A DNA stretch of 64,000 bases from Brevundimonas sp. (GTDB lineage Bacteria > Pseudomonadota > Alphaproteobacteria > Caulobacterales > Caulobacteraceae), in contig NZ_JAIXTC010000018.1 of assembly GCF_027484365.1 (NCBI RefSeq), positions 80,286 to 144,285 of the forward strand, in the 5' to 3' direction. A program made the translations under genes and the position numbers. The notes under the pieces are model-generated. The model was not told the DNA's origin, made no database searches, and worked only from the letters and a program-made list of their open reading frames with translations. Positions 9,033 through 17,482 of this stretch are shown one piece after another; position 1 is the first letter of the stretch, and the number at the start of each line of letters is the position of its first letter.

Positions 9033-9605
9033 ATGACCGAGATCAAACACCGACCGCCCCGCCTCACCGCCGAAGCCTGGGCCCATGCCCGTGAGGATTT
9101 CATCGCCGGCGTCAGTTGCGCCGTCATCGCCGAACGCTACGGCACGACCGACCGCAGCGTCCGTCGTCGGGCCGCGATCGAGGGCTGGCGGCGGCCAGAC
9201 TTCCTGCCGTCGCGCCTCGCCCCGCCCCCGCCGTGGATGGCCGGGCCGCGCACCAAGGACGAGGAGATGGAGATCGATCCGGCGCTGGAGGAGGTCGACG
9301 AGGCCGAATCCGTCTCCCGCTTCGCCCTCCTGTTCAACCCGAACGCCCGATCCCTGCGGCGGTTCGCCTTCCGCCAGGCGGCAGAGAACGCCGCCGTCGA
9401 CCGGCCGCAATAGGCGGTCTCGTGGATGCGGCTGGTCCAGCTGGTGAACAACGCCGACTGCCGTCTGGAAAGCGATTCCTCGGCCTTCCGCGACATCGAC
9501 CACGTCCGCGCCGCCTATCTGCGCCGCCTCAACGAGGCCGTCGCCGAGGGCCGGGACGAAACCCTCGCCGAAGAGGCCGGGGCTGAGGCCGCGCCGGAGA
9601 CCTGA
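9033..9605 (+). pseudogene. HTH protein gene (N-terminus resembles phage terminase small-subunit HTH) interrupted by an in-frame TAG at 9411-9413
   Basis: ATG 9033 MTEIKH..AWAHAREDFIAGVSCAVIAERYGTTDRSVRRRAAIEGWRR. After the TAG the same frame continues for 63 codons with GC-rich coding-style codons (AVSWMRLVQLVNNADCRLE...) to TGA 9603-9605. Confidence 0.7.
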
Positions 9606-9610
9606 TCCCG

Positions 9611-9670
9611 GATTTCGTCCGTTTCGTCCGTTTCGTCAGGGTGTTTTCGTCCGGACCGACGGACAAAACC
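9611..9670. repeat. Dispersed ~60-bp element, copy A: triple 9-mer (GTTTCGTCC-type) plus GGGTG-T-run plus internal inverted repeat
   Basis: Differs from 40180-40240 by 1 indel and 2 substitutions. Confidence 0.92.
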
Positions 9671-9686
9671 GGACAGAGGCCTCGCC

Positions 9687-11396
9687 TCAGGCCAGCTTCA
9701 GGCTCATCTCCCCGCCGATCCATTCGACCCGCGCCTTGTCCCGCGCGGCCCCGGCGGCCGTGGTGTTGCCCAGAGCCTGTTCGGCCTCGGCGAGGACGAA
9801 ATAGCTGTAGGGGTCCATCGGCCAGTCGATCAGAAGTTCCTCGATCTTCGCCTTCGCCCCGGCCGCATCGCCGTTGGCCAGCATCGCGGCGGCGAGGCTC
9901 CTGCGGGTCGGGAACCAGATGATCGGCGGGTCGCCGCCCTCCTCCTCCATCCCCTGGATCTCGGCGGCCCGGGTGAAGGCGGCGACGGCGGCCGATGCAT
10001 TGCCCTCCAGCATGGCGGCCCGCCCTTCCAGCACCCGCTGGGAGACCTCGACGAACAGTTTCATGTCGTCGGCCTGGTCGCCCGTGAGGGAGTCACCCTC
10101 GCGGATCGCCTTGATGGCCCCGGCCTCGACCCGCACGGCCGCTGCATCTCCGGCCCGAGCCGCCGCCTCGCCCCGGCCGTAGTGCCAGCTCGCGCGGAGC
10201 AGGGGCTTGCTTTCAGGCGGCTCGGCCAGGGCCGCGACCTGGGCGGGTGAGCCGAAACGGCCGAAGATCGCATAGGCGTCATTGGCCATCAGCTGACGCC
10301 ACTGGTTGTCGGCCGGGATGTCGGGATAGGTGGCGAGGAAGCCCTCGGCCAGCTTCAGCCCCTCCTCCGCCCCGCCGGCCATCAGGGCCCCGCCCATGCC
10401 GAAATGGATGTTGTGGGCGTGCAGCGGCATCCCCGTGATCCCACCCGGAGGCGCGGCCAGTTCGTCGTAGCGCTTGTCGAGCGCCACGGCCTCGACATTG
10501 GACCTCATCGCGTCCCGATAGCGGCCCACCCGGTAGAAGGTGTGCGACGGCATATGCACCAGATGGCTGGCCGAGGGCGCCAGCCGAGCCAGTTTCTCAC
10601 CATAGGGAATGGCCTTGTGCGGGTCGTCGGACCACTCGGTCAGGTGGATGTAGAGGTGGATGGTGCCGGGGTCGTCGGGGGCCTTCGCCAGCGACGCCTC
10701 GAGGATCTCCATCGCCCGGCTGATGCCCCGGTCCTTGGGCGCGCCGTCTTCATCCCACCATTCGTCGGCCTGCAGCATCCAGGCATCGGCCGTGATGGCG
10801 GCGATCAGGGGGCTGTCGGGATTGCGTCGGGCGATCCGGTCCATGGCCCGGGCGAAGCGCACGCCCTGGCTGGCCTTGGCGCCGGAATAGCGCTGGATCA
10901 GGGCGTCGATCATCTGACGCTGGACCGGGGTCGCGCCCCGCGCCTCGCGCCGCGCCAGCTGGGCCAGCCTCAACCCGGCCCGCAGGGAGTCGTCATCCGT
11001 GCCGCCGCCGTTGAGGTTGGGACCGGTCGCCCAGGCCTCGCCCCAGGCGCACATCCCGCAGTCGGGATCGATGGCCCGTGCCCGGCGGAAGGCGCGCACC
11101 GATTCCTTGTGCTCGAAGGCCCAGCGCAGCCGCACCCCGTGGTCGAACCAGGCCTGGGCCTCCGGGTTCATCGTATCGACGGTCCAGCTCGCGACCTCGC
11201 CGAAGCCGGGCACCAGGACCATCGAGCCTTCCGGCGCGGCGTCCAGCGCCGACCCGACCCGGCCGCAGCCCCGCGGGTTCTGCAGCAGGGAGGCGCTCGC
11301 CTCCGCATCGGCGGAGGCCGAGGTCGCGTCGGCGACGGCGGCGGGTCCCGCCAGACAGAGGGCCAGGGCGGTGAACGTCAGCAGCTTCAGTCGCAT
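9687..11396 (-). CDS. Exported TPR-like helical protein with His-rich motifs, function unknown
   Basis: Signal peptide. Motifs AQAWFDHGV, DPDCGMCAWGEAW, HLYIH, SHLVHMPSH, HAHNIHF, plus C-terminal TPR-like helices. Confidence 0.8.
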   Translation of the reverse strand: MRLKLLTFTALALCLAGPAAVADATSASADAEASASLLQNPRGCGRVGSALDAAPEGSMVLVPGFGEVASWTVDTMNPEAQAWFDHGVRLRWAFEHKESVRAFRRARAIDPDCGMCAWGEAWATGPNLNGGGTDDDSLRAGLRLAQLARREARGATPVQRQMIDALIQRYSGAKASQGVRFARAMDRIARRNPDSPLIAAITADAWMLQADEWWDEDGAPKDRGISRAMEILEASLAKAPDDPGTIHLYIHLTEWSDDPHKAIPYGEKLARLAPSASHLVHMPSHTFYRVGRYRDAMRSNVEAVALDKRYDELAAPPGGITGMPLHAHNIHFGMGGALMAGGAEEGLKLAEGFLATYPDIPADNQWRQLMANDAYAIFGRFGSPAQVAALAEPPESKPLLRASWHYGRGEAAARAGDAAAVRVEAGAIKAIREGDSLTGDQADDMKLFVEVSQRVLEGRAAMLEGNASAAVAAFTRAAEIQGMEEEGGDPPIIWFPTRRSLAAAMLANGDAAGAKAKIEELLIDWPMDPYSYFVLAEAEQALGNTTAAGAARDKARVEWIGGEMSLKLA

Positions 11397-11465
11397 CGTC
11401 TTCCCCTCGATCCGAGGCGACGATCCTGCACCAGTCGAGGGGCGGTTCCAAGCGCCCCGACCGTC

Positions 11466-11966
11466 TCAGGGGTTGGGCAGGCTGTAGCCCAGGTCGTAGC
11501 GGTGCGCCCCGCCTTCGAGGATCAGGGCGAAGTCCCCGCGGATCCCCGCCAGCTCACCCGTCCCCGATCCCGGCACGACGGTGATCGACAGGGTGTATCC
11601 CCCCGCATTCATGTCGCCGCGATGGGCCAGCAGGAAGGCGCCCTCCCGGCCGTCGAGCGTGCCCACGAACCGCTCCAGCGCGACATAGGTCCCCTCCTCG
11701 GCCGAGACCCCGCCCGCCAGCATCTGGCCGGTCGCGCTGCCGGTCATTCCGCCGCTGAAGGTCTTGGCGAGCGTGTATCGGGACAGGCCCAGCCCCGCCT
11801 CGACCACCTCCGGATCGGCGGGCGTGACCGAGACTTCGAACATTCCTGTGGCGTGATGCACGACGGTCTCCTGGGCTTTGACGCTTCCGGCGACCATGAC
11901 CCCGAGCGCGATCAGCAGGCCGAGCACCGCCACGGCGACATAGCCTCGAACAGTCAGGGTCCGCAT
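11466..11966 (-). CDS. DUF3224 family protein with N-terminal signal/TM segment
   Basis: ATGMFEV..KTFSGGMTGS..YVALERFVGTLDGREGAF.L.H.G..ITVVPGSGTGELAGIRG pattern typical of DUF3224. Confidence 0.8.
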   Translation of the reverse strand: MRTLTVRGYVAVAVLGLLIALGVMVAGSVKAQETVVHHATGMFEVSVTPADPEVVEAGLGLSRYTLAKTFSGGMTGSATGQMLAGGVSAEEGTYVALERFVGTLDGREGAFLLAHRGDMNAGGYTLSITVVPGSGTGELAGIRGDFALILEGGAHRYDLGYSLPNP

Positions 11967-11977
11967 CGGTCGCTCCG

Positions 11978-11992
11978 GAACATTACAGGAAC
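11978..11992 (-). promoter_or_regulatory. Alphaproteobacterial LexA (SOS) box GTTC-N7-GTTC
   Basis: Plus strand GAAC ATTACAG GAAC (minus strand GTTCCTGTAATGTTC), 12-26 bp upstream of the DUF3224 start codon. Confidence 0.6.
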
Positions 11993-12023
11993 ATCCTGTC
12001 TCCGGGGCGCGGTTCCGTCAAGC

Positions 12024-12839
12024 TCAGATCAGGCCGGCCAGCGGCGAGGACGGGTCGGCGTACATCTTCTTCGCCATTCGCCCGGCCAGATAGGCCTCGC
12101 GCCCGGCGATGACCGCATGCTTCATCGCCCGCGCCATGCGGATAGGGTCTTTGGCCCCGGCGATGGCGGTGTTGGTCAGGACGGCGTCGCACCCCAGCTC
12201 CATGGCCACGGTCGCGTCCGAGGCCGTGCCCACGCCTGCGTCGACCAGCACAGGCACGCCGGCCTGTTCCACGATCAGCCGCACATTGACGGCGTTCTGC
12301 AGCCCCAGCCCCGATCCGATCGGCGCGGCCGCCGGCATGATCGCCGCCGCCCCTGCATCCTCCAGCCGCTTCGCCATCACGACGTCGTCGGTGCAGTAGA
12401 CCATGACGTCGAACCCGTCCTTGACCAGCAGGTCCAGTGCCCGGAGCGTCTCGATCATGTCGGGATACAGGTGCGCAGAGTTCGACAGCACCTCCAGCTT
12501 GACCAGATCCCAGCCGCCCGCCTCGCGCGCCAGTCGCAGGGTCCGCACCGCATCCTCGCCGGTGAAACAGCCGGCGGTGTTGGGCAGGAAGGTGAACCGG
12601 TCAGGCTTGAGATAGTCGACCAGCATGGGCTGGGACGGATCCGAGAGGTTCACCCGGCGCAGGGCCACGGTGACGATCTCGGCGCCCGCCGCCTCGGCTG
12701 CGGCCGCGTTCTGGGCGTAGTCGGCGTATTTGCCGGTGCCGACGATCAGGCGCGAGTTGAAGGTGCGGCCGGCGACGGTCCAGCTGTCGATCGGAGTGGC
12801 TACGGTCGGGGCGACGAAGGGAGCGTTCATCGCCTTCAT
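12024..12839 (-). CDS. thiG: Thiazole synthase ThiG
   Basis: [41 protein letters not shown] motifs. Confidence 0.97.
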   Translation of the reverse strand: MKAMNAPFVAPTVATPIDSWTVAGRTFNSRLIVGTGKYADYAQNAAAAEAAGAEIVTVALRRVNLSDPSQPMLVDYLKPDRFTFLPNTAGCFTGEDAVRTLRLAREAGGWDLVKLEVLSNSAHLYPDMIETLRALDLLVKDGFDVMVYCTDDVVMAKRLEDAGAAAIMPAAAPIGSGLGLQNAVNVRLIVEQAGVPVLVDAGVGTASDATVAMELGCDAVLTNTAIAGAKDPIRMARAMKHAVIAGREAYLAGRMAKKMYADPSSPLAGLI

Positions 12840-12870
12840 CTAGGCTTGTGCGCCCGGAAACGGAACCCGT

Positions 12871-13068
12871 TCAGCCGCCGCCGACGAACTGGACCAGCTC
12901 GATCCGGTCGCCGTCTTCCAGCACAGTCCCGGCATGCAGCGACCGCGGTACGATGGCCAGGTTCCGCTCCACGGCGACCTTGCGGACGTCGAATCCCAGT
13001 TCCTCGACCAGGGCCAGGACGGTCCGCGCGGCCACCTCCCGCGTATCTCCGTTGACTTGGATGCGCAT
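12871..13068 (-). CDS. thiS: Sulfur carrier protein ThiS
   Basis: 65 aa ubiquitin-like protein with VAVERN motif, ending VGGG, directly upstream of thiG. Confidence 0.95.
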   Translation of the reverse strand: MRIQVNGDTREVAARTVLALVEELGFDVRKVAVERNLAIVPRSLHAGTVLEDGDRIELVQFVGGG

Positions 13069-13108
13069 GTCGTTACGTCAACCTGACCTGTGCGGCGTAA
13101 CCTCGGCT

Positions 13109-13136
13109 TTGACGAGCGACGCCGTTCCGCTAAAAG
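13109..13136 (+). promoter_or_regulatory. Housekeeping sigma (sigma73-type) promoter for aroQ-accB-accC-aat
   Basis: TTGACG at 13109 and GCTAAAAG at 13129 match the Caulobacter housekeeping consensus TTGACGS...GCTANAWC. Confidence 0.55.
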
Positions 13137-13198
13137 GCCCGCCCACCGAAGCGGTGCCGACCACATCCATTGGCCCGCCGCCAACTCGTCCGGAGCGA

Positions 13199-13660
13199 AT
13201 GCCCGAAACCCCCGTCCTCTACGTCCTGAACGGCCCCAACCTCAACCTCCTGGGGGTGCGGGAGGCGCATATCTATGGGCGAGAGACCCTGGCCGACGTC
13301 CAGGCCCTCTGCGAGGCGGCCGCGGAAGGCGCGACTGTGGTCTTCCGTCAGTCGAATCACGAAGGCGAACTGGTCGACTGGATCCAGGAGGCCCGCACGG
13401 CGGCCGTGGCCCTCGTCATCAACCCGGCGGCCTACAGCCATACGTCGGTGGCCCTTCTGGACGCCCTGAAGGTCCTCACCATTCCGGTAGTCGAGTGCCA
13501 TCTTTCGAACCCGGCGGCGCGCGAGGAATTCCGGCGTCATTCCTACGTCTCTCTCGCCGCCACCGGCATCGTCTCGGGCTTCGGTGCCCATTCCTATGAA
13601 CTGGCCGTCAGGGCCGCCCTCCGGCTGGCGCGGGAACGCTCCGCAATGCCCGCCCGTTGA
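13199..13660 (+). CDS. aroQ: Type II 3-dehydroquinate dehydratase
   Basis: [13 protein letters not shown]...[32 protein letters not shown] at 13199. Confidence 0.97.
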   Translation: MPETPVLYVLNGPNLNLLGVREAHIYGRETLADVQALCEAAAEGATVVFRQSNHEGELVDWIQEARTAAVALVINPAAYSHTSVALLDALKVLTIPVVECHLSNPAAREEFRRHSYVSLAATGIVSGFGAHSYELAVRAALRLARERSAMPAR

Positions 13661-13685
13661 AACCAGACCACAAGGCATAGCTCTC

Positions 13686-14198
13686 ATGGCGACCGACAAG
13701 AAACTGGATAACGAGCCCTCGGTGGAGATCGACACCACACTGGTTCGCCAGCTGGCCGACATCCTCAACGACACCTCGCTGACCGAGATCGAGGTCGAAC
13801 GCGGCGAACTGCGGATCCGTGTCGCCCGCGAGATCACCGCCGCCCCTGTGACGCAGTATGCGCCCGCGCCGGCCTATGCTCCGCAGGCGGCCCCGGCACC
13901 GGCCGCCGCGTCAGCGCCTGTGTCGATGCCCTCCGACCCCGCCACCATCGTCGCAAGGTCGGGCGAGACGGTGAAGTCGCCCATGGTCGGCACTGTGTAT
14001 CTGCAGGCCTCGCCCGAGGCCCCGCCCTTCGCCAAGGCCGGGGACAAGGTCAAGAAGGGCCAGACCCTCCTGATCGTCGAGGCCATGAAGACAATGAACC
14101 CGATCCAGGCTCCGCGCGACGGCGTCGTGCAGGAAATCCTCGTCGGCGACGCCCAGCCCGTCGAGTTCGGCGAAGCCCTCGTCGTTCTCGAGGCCTGA
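13686..14198 (+). CDS. accB: Acetyl-CoA carboxylase biotin carboxyl carrier protein
   Basis: Ala/Pro linker, KSPMVGT, EAMKTMN biotinylation motif. ATG at 13686. Confidence 0.97.
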   Translation: MATDKKLDNEPSVEIDTTLVRQLADILNDTSLTEIEVERGELRIRVAREITAAPVTQYAPAPAYAPQAAPAPAAASAPVSMPSDPATIVARSGETVKSPMVGTVYLQASPEAPPFAKAGDKVKKGQTLLIVEAMKTMNPIQAPRDGVVQEILVGDAQPVEFGEALVVLEA

Positions 14199-14203
14199 GC
14201 CCA

Positions 14204-15556
14204 GTGTTTACCAAGGTCCTGATCGCCAACCGCGGCGAAATCGCGCTTCGCATTCACCGGGCGTGCAAGGAGATGGGCATCTCCACGGTCGCCGTGCACT
14301 CCGAGGCCGATCGCGGTGCCATGTGGGTGCGGCTGGCCGACGAAAGCGTCTGCATCGGCCCGGCGCCGGCCGCCAAATCCTATCTGAACATCCCCTCGAT
14401 CATCGCGGCGGCCGAGATCACCGGTGCCCAGGCGATCCACCCGGGGTACGGCTTCCTGTCGGAGAACGCCCGCTTCGCCGAGATCGTCGAAGCCCACGGC
14501 ATGACCTTCATCGGTCCCAAGGCCGAGCACATCCGGATCATGGGCGACAAGATCAGCGCCAAGCAGACGGTGCTGGAAGCCGGCATCCCCTGCGTCCCCG
14601 GCTCGGCCGGCGAGGTCGAGACCATCGAGGCCGCCATCGAGGCCTCAAAGGCCATCGGCTTCCCCCTGATCGTCAAGGCGGCGGCGGGCGGCGGCGGGCG
14701 CGGCATGAAGGTCGCCCTGACCGCCGACGACCTGGTTGAAGCGGTCCAGACCGCCCAGACCGAGGCCAAGGCCGCGTTCGGCAATGGCGCGGTCTATATG
14801 GAACGCTACCTCCAGAAGCCGCGCCACATCGAGATCCAGGTCGTCGCCGACAGCCACGGCAATGTCGTCCACCTCGGCGAGCGCGACTGCTCGCTCCAGC
14901 GTCGTCACCAGAAGGTGCTGGAAGAAGCCCCCTCGCCGGCCCTTTCGGCCGCGGAGCGCGTCGCCATCGGCGAGACGGTCAACAAGGCGATCGGCAAGAT
15001 CGGCTACCTCGGCGTCGGCACCATCGAGTTCCTGTGGGAGGACGGCGAGTTCTTCTTCATCGAGATGAACACCCGCCTGCAGGTCGAGCACCCGGTCACC
15101 GAGGCTGTCACCGGCGTCGATCTGGTCCGCGAACAGATCCGCATCGCGGCCGGCCTGCCGCTGTCCTTCACCCAGGACGACATCCACTTCGAAGGTCACG
15201 CCATCGAGGTCCGCATCAACGCCGAAAACTCCGAAACCTTTGCCCCGTCCCCGGGGACGGTCACCGACTTCCACGCCCCCGGCGGGCTGGGCGTGCGGCT
15301 TGATAGCGCCATCTACGCCGGCTATTCGATCCCGCCCTACTACGACAGCCTGATCGGCAAGCTGATCGTCCACGGCCGCGACCGCGCCGAGTGCGTGGCC
15401 CGGCTGAAGCGCAGTCTGAACGAGATGGTCATCGGCGGCATCGACACCACCATCCCGCTGTTCCAGAAACTCCTGCTTGAGCCGGATATCCTGTCGGGCG
15501 ACTACGACATCCACTGGCTGGAGAACTGGGCGAAGCGTCAGAAGTCCGACGGCTGA
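14204..15556 (+). CDS. accC: Acetyl-CoA carboxylase biotin carboxylase
   Basis: [49 protein letters not shown]. Confidence 0.98.
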   Translation: MFTKVLIANRGEIALRIHRACKEMGISTVAVHSEADRGAMWVRLADESVCIGPAPAAKSYLNIPSIIAAAEITGAQAIHPGYGFLSENARFAEIVEAHGMTFIGPKAEHIRIMGDKISAKQTVLEAGIPCVPGSAGEVETIEAAIEASKAIGFPLIVKAAAGGGGRGMKVALTADDLVEAVQTAQTEAKAAFGNGAVYMERYLQKPRHIEIQVVADSHGNVVHLGERDCSLQRRHQKVLEEAPSPALSAAERVAIGETVNKAIGKIGYLGVGTIEFLWEDGEFFFIEMNTRLQVEHPVTEAVTGVDLVREQIRIAAGLPLSFTQDDIHFEGHAIEVRINAENSETFAPSPGTVTDFHAPGGLGVRLDSAIYAGYSIPPYYDSLIGKLIVHGRDRAECVARLKRSLNEMVIGGIDTTIPLFQKLLLEPDILSGDYDIHWLENWAKRQKSDG

Positions 15557-15557
15557 C

Positions 15558-16253
15558 GTGACCGATCCAGCGGCCAGCGCCTTTTCGCCGCCGGACCCGT
15601 TCGACGCCCACGCCCTGTTGCAGTGCTACGCCCACGGGGTTTTTCCGATGGGCGAGGACCGGAACGACCCGCGCGTCTATCTGGTTGAACCTGAGCAACG
15701 GGGTGTCCTCCCGCTGGACGCCTTCCACATCCCCGCCCGCCTGCGCCGCACGATCCGGAACGAGCCGTTCGTCGTGCGTGTGGACACGGCGTTCGACGCC
15801 GTCCTGGACGCCTGCGCCGCCTCTGGTCCGGGTCGAGAGGCGACCTGGATCAACGCTCCGATCATGGGCCTGTATCGGGATCTTTACATGCGGGGTCAGG
15901 CCCACAGCATCGAATGCTGGCGGGACGAAGTGCTGGTCGGCGGCCTGTATGGCGTCACCCTCGGCGGCGCCTTCTTCGGAGAGAGCATGTTCAGCCGGGC
16001 GACCGATGCGTCCAAGGTCGCTCTCGTGCACCTGGTGGCCCGTCTGAGGCTCGGCGGCTGGCGCCTGCTCGACGCCCAGTTCCGCGCGCCGCATCTGGAC
16101 CAGTTCGGGCTGCTGGAAATCCCGCAGCGCGCCTATCTGACGCAGCTGGCGAGCGCGCTTGAATCGATACCCGACCAGGCCGTTCTCGCCCGCCCGCTGT
16201 CAGGCGCGGAAGCGGTGACCTACGCCTTGCAGCCCACGACCCAGGCGTCATAG
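15558..16253 (+). CDS. aat: Leucyl/phenylalanyl-tRNA-protein transferase
   Basis: AHSIECW..LVGGLYGV.LG.AFFGESMFS..DASKVAL. GTG start immediately after the accC stop. Confidence 0.95.
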   Translation: MTDPAASAFSPPDPFDAHALLQCYAHGVFPMGEDRNDPRVYLVEPEQRGVLPLDAFHIPARLRRTIRNEPFVVRVDTAFDAVLDACAASGPGREATWINAPIMGLYRDLYMRGQAHSIECWRDEVLVGGLYGVTLGGAFFGESMFSRATDASKVALVHLVARLRLGGWRLLDAQFRAPHLDQFGLLEIPQRAYLTQLASALESIPDQAVLARPLSGAEAVTYALQPTTQAS

Positions 16254-16888
16254 ATCGGGTGCTGGAGGCCGCTGAGCGCCGGAGTCGATGAGAACATCCA
16301 GCCCCGGAAGATCTGACGCGGCGAGGCGCCCGCCGCCTTCGGCTGCAGCGTCACATCGATATAGGCGATGGCGTCCTCGACCAGTTCGTTCTCGGCCGAG
16401 ACCTCGCAGGCACGTGCGGTGAAGATCAGCGCCTGGTTGAACCGCACCGGACGTCCGCCGACCTCGACCTCGAACCGCATGCTTTCCGCAGTGATCTTGT
16501 CGATCGCCTCGATGATGGCGACGCGACGACGCTGGCGCGGGACCGGCGTGTCAGCGGCGAGGCGTTTGGCCTTGTCCTCTTCGGATTCGCCGTCCTCATC
16601 GTCCTTGGCTTCATCGTCAGCCTCGGCGTCCGGGACCTCACCCTCCTCCAGCGCAGCGGTCTCGATGGCCGGTGTCGGAGGCGTGATAGCGATGGGCGTG
16701 GCCGGAGCCGGGTCGCCGGCCGGAGCAGCCTCCTGCATCGGCTCGGTCCTCAGGGCGTCGCCGATCGGGCCGGATGCCGGGGTCGCGTCCTGGGCCGGCG
16801 CGTTCTGCCAGCCTCCGGCGACGACGCCGCCCGAAAGGGCCAGCCCGACGACCGCCGTACTCACCAGCAGGATGCGGGCGCGGCTCAT
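16220..16888 (-). CDS. DUF2155 family exported protein
   Basis: Signal peptide, acidic linker, AIDKITA..ACEV..FRGWMFSSTPALSGLQHPIYDAWVVGCK. Confidence 0.85.
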   Translation of the reverse strand: MSRARILLVSTAVVGLALSGGVVAGGWQNAPAQDATPASGPIGDALRTEPMQEAAPAGDPAPATPIAITPPTPAIETAALEEGEVPDAEADDEAKDDEDGESEEDKAKRLAADTPVPRQRRRVAIIEAIDKITAESMRFEVEVGGRPVRFNQALIFTARACEVSAENELVEDAIAYIDVTLQPKAAGASPRQIFRGWMFSSTPALSGLQHPIYDAWVVGCKA

Positions 16889-17277
16889 TCGGGCTTCCAG
16901 GCCTCATAGTCGCCTGTCGCCGCTGGTCGCACGCCTTCGGACAGCAACGAGCCCTGCGGATGCCAGGCCAGCGGCGTGCCGGTCATGTTCGGACGGTGAT
17001 CCAGTTCCCAGCGACGGCGGGGCAGCGGCGCCTCGGTCGGCGGCTCATCGAAGGTGTAATGCAGCCAACCGTGCCAGTCCGGCGTCACCTTGGAGGCCTC
17101 GGCATAGCCCTCATAGACGACCCACCGGCGTTTGCGGCCGTCGTAGCTGATGTTGTCCCGCGACTGGTAGTAGCGGTTGCCGTGCTCGTCGGTCCCGATC
17201 AGGTCGGCGCGTTTGGCGATTGTGAAGAGGGTGCCGATCGTCGCGCCGGACGTCCAACCGAATATTCTGCCGAGCAC
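16885..17277 (-). CDS. NADH:ubiquinone oxidoreductase accessory subunit NDUFA12 (17.2 kDa) homologue
   Basis: [44 protein letters not shown]. Confidence 0.92.
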   Translation of the reverse strand: MLGRIFGWTSGATIGTLFTIAKRADLIGTDEHGNRYYQSRDNISYDGRKRRWVVYEGYAEASKVTPDWHGWLHYTFDEPPTEAPLPRRRWELDHRPNMTGTPLAWHPQGSLLSEGVRPAATGDYEAWKPE

Positions 17278-17380
17278 GAGGCGTTTCCAGTCCAGATTCG
17301 GATCGGCGGGAGGCCCGATCCAGTCGTCCGATCATAGAAACCGGCCGCGTCCACGTCCAGCGTCCAGCCCAAATCGACTT

Positions 17381-17428
17381 CAGCAACATCTTGGGGGTAA
17401 CCCCTGGATGGACCGCTACATCTATTGC
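17381..17428. promoter_or_regulatory. Tandem NrdR-box-like sites
   Basis: Cores CAACATCTTG (17384-17393, 8/10 to CWATATATWG) and CTACATCTAT (17416-17425, 7/10), 32 bp apart, directly upstream of the nrdJ-like gene. Confidence 0.6.
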
Positions 17429-17482
17429 GGCGATGGCCCGGAGCGCCCTAGGCTGTCGAAACGATCCTGTCCGGGCCTGCGT

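Noticed and set aside
9411-9413. TAG as programmed pyrrolysine or other recoding
   Set aside because: No pyl genes or supporting context are visible; a C>T nonsense change or a sequencing error is simpler.
9611-9640. Triple 9-mer repeats as a CRISPR array
   Set aside because: Units are 9 bp with no spacers, and there are no cas genes in the window.
13069-13198. TPP riboswitch upstream of thiS-thiG (also checked upstream of thiE)
   Set aside because: No CTGAGA-containing THI-element core on the relevant strand; the gaps are short divergent promoters.
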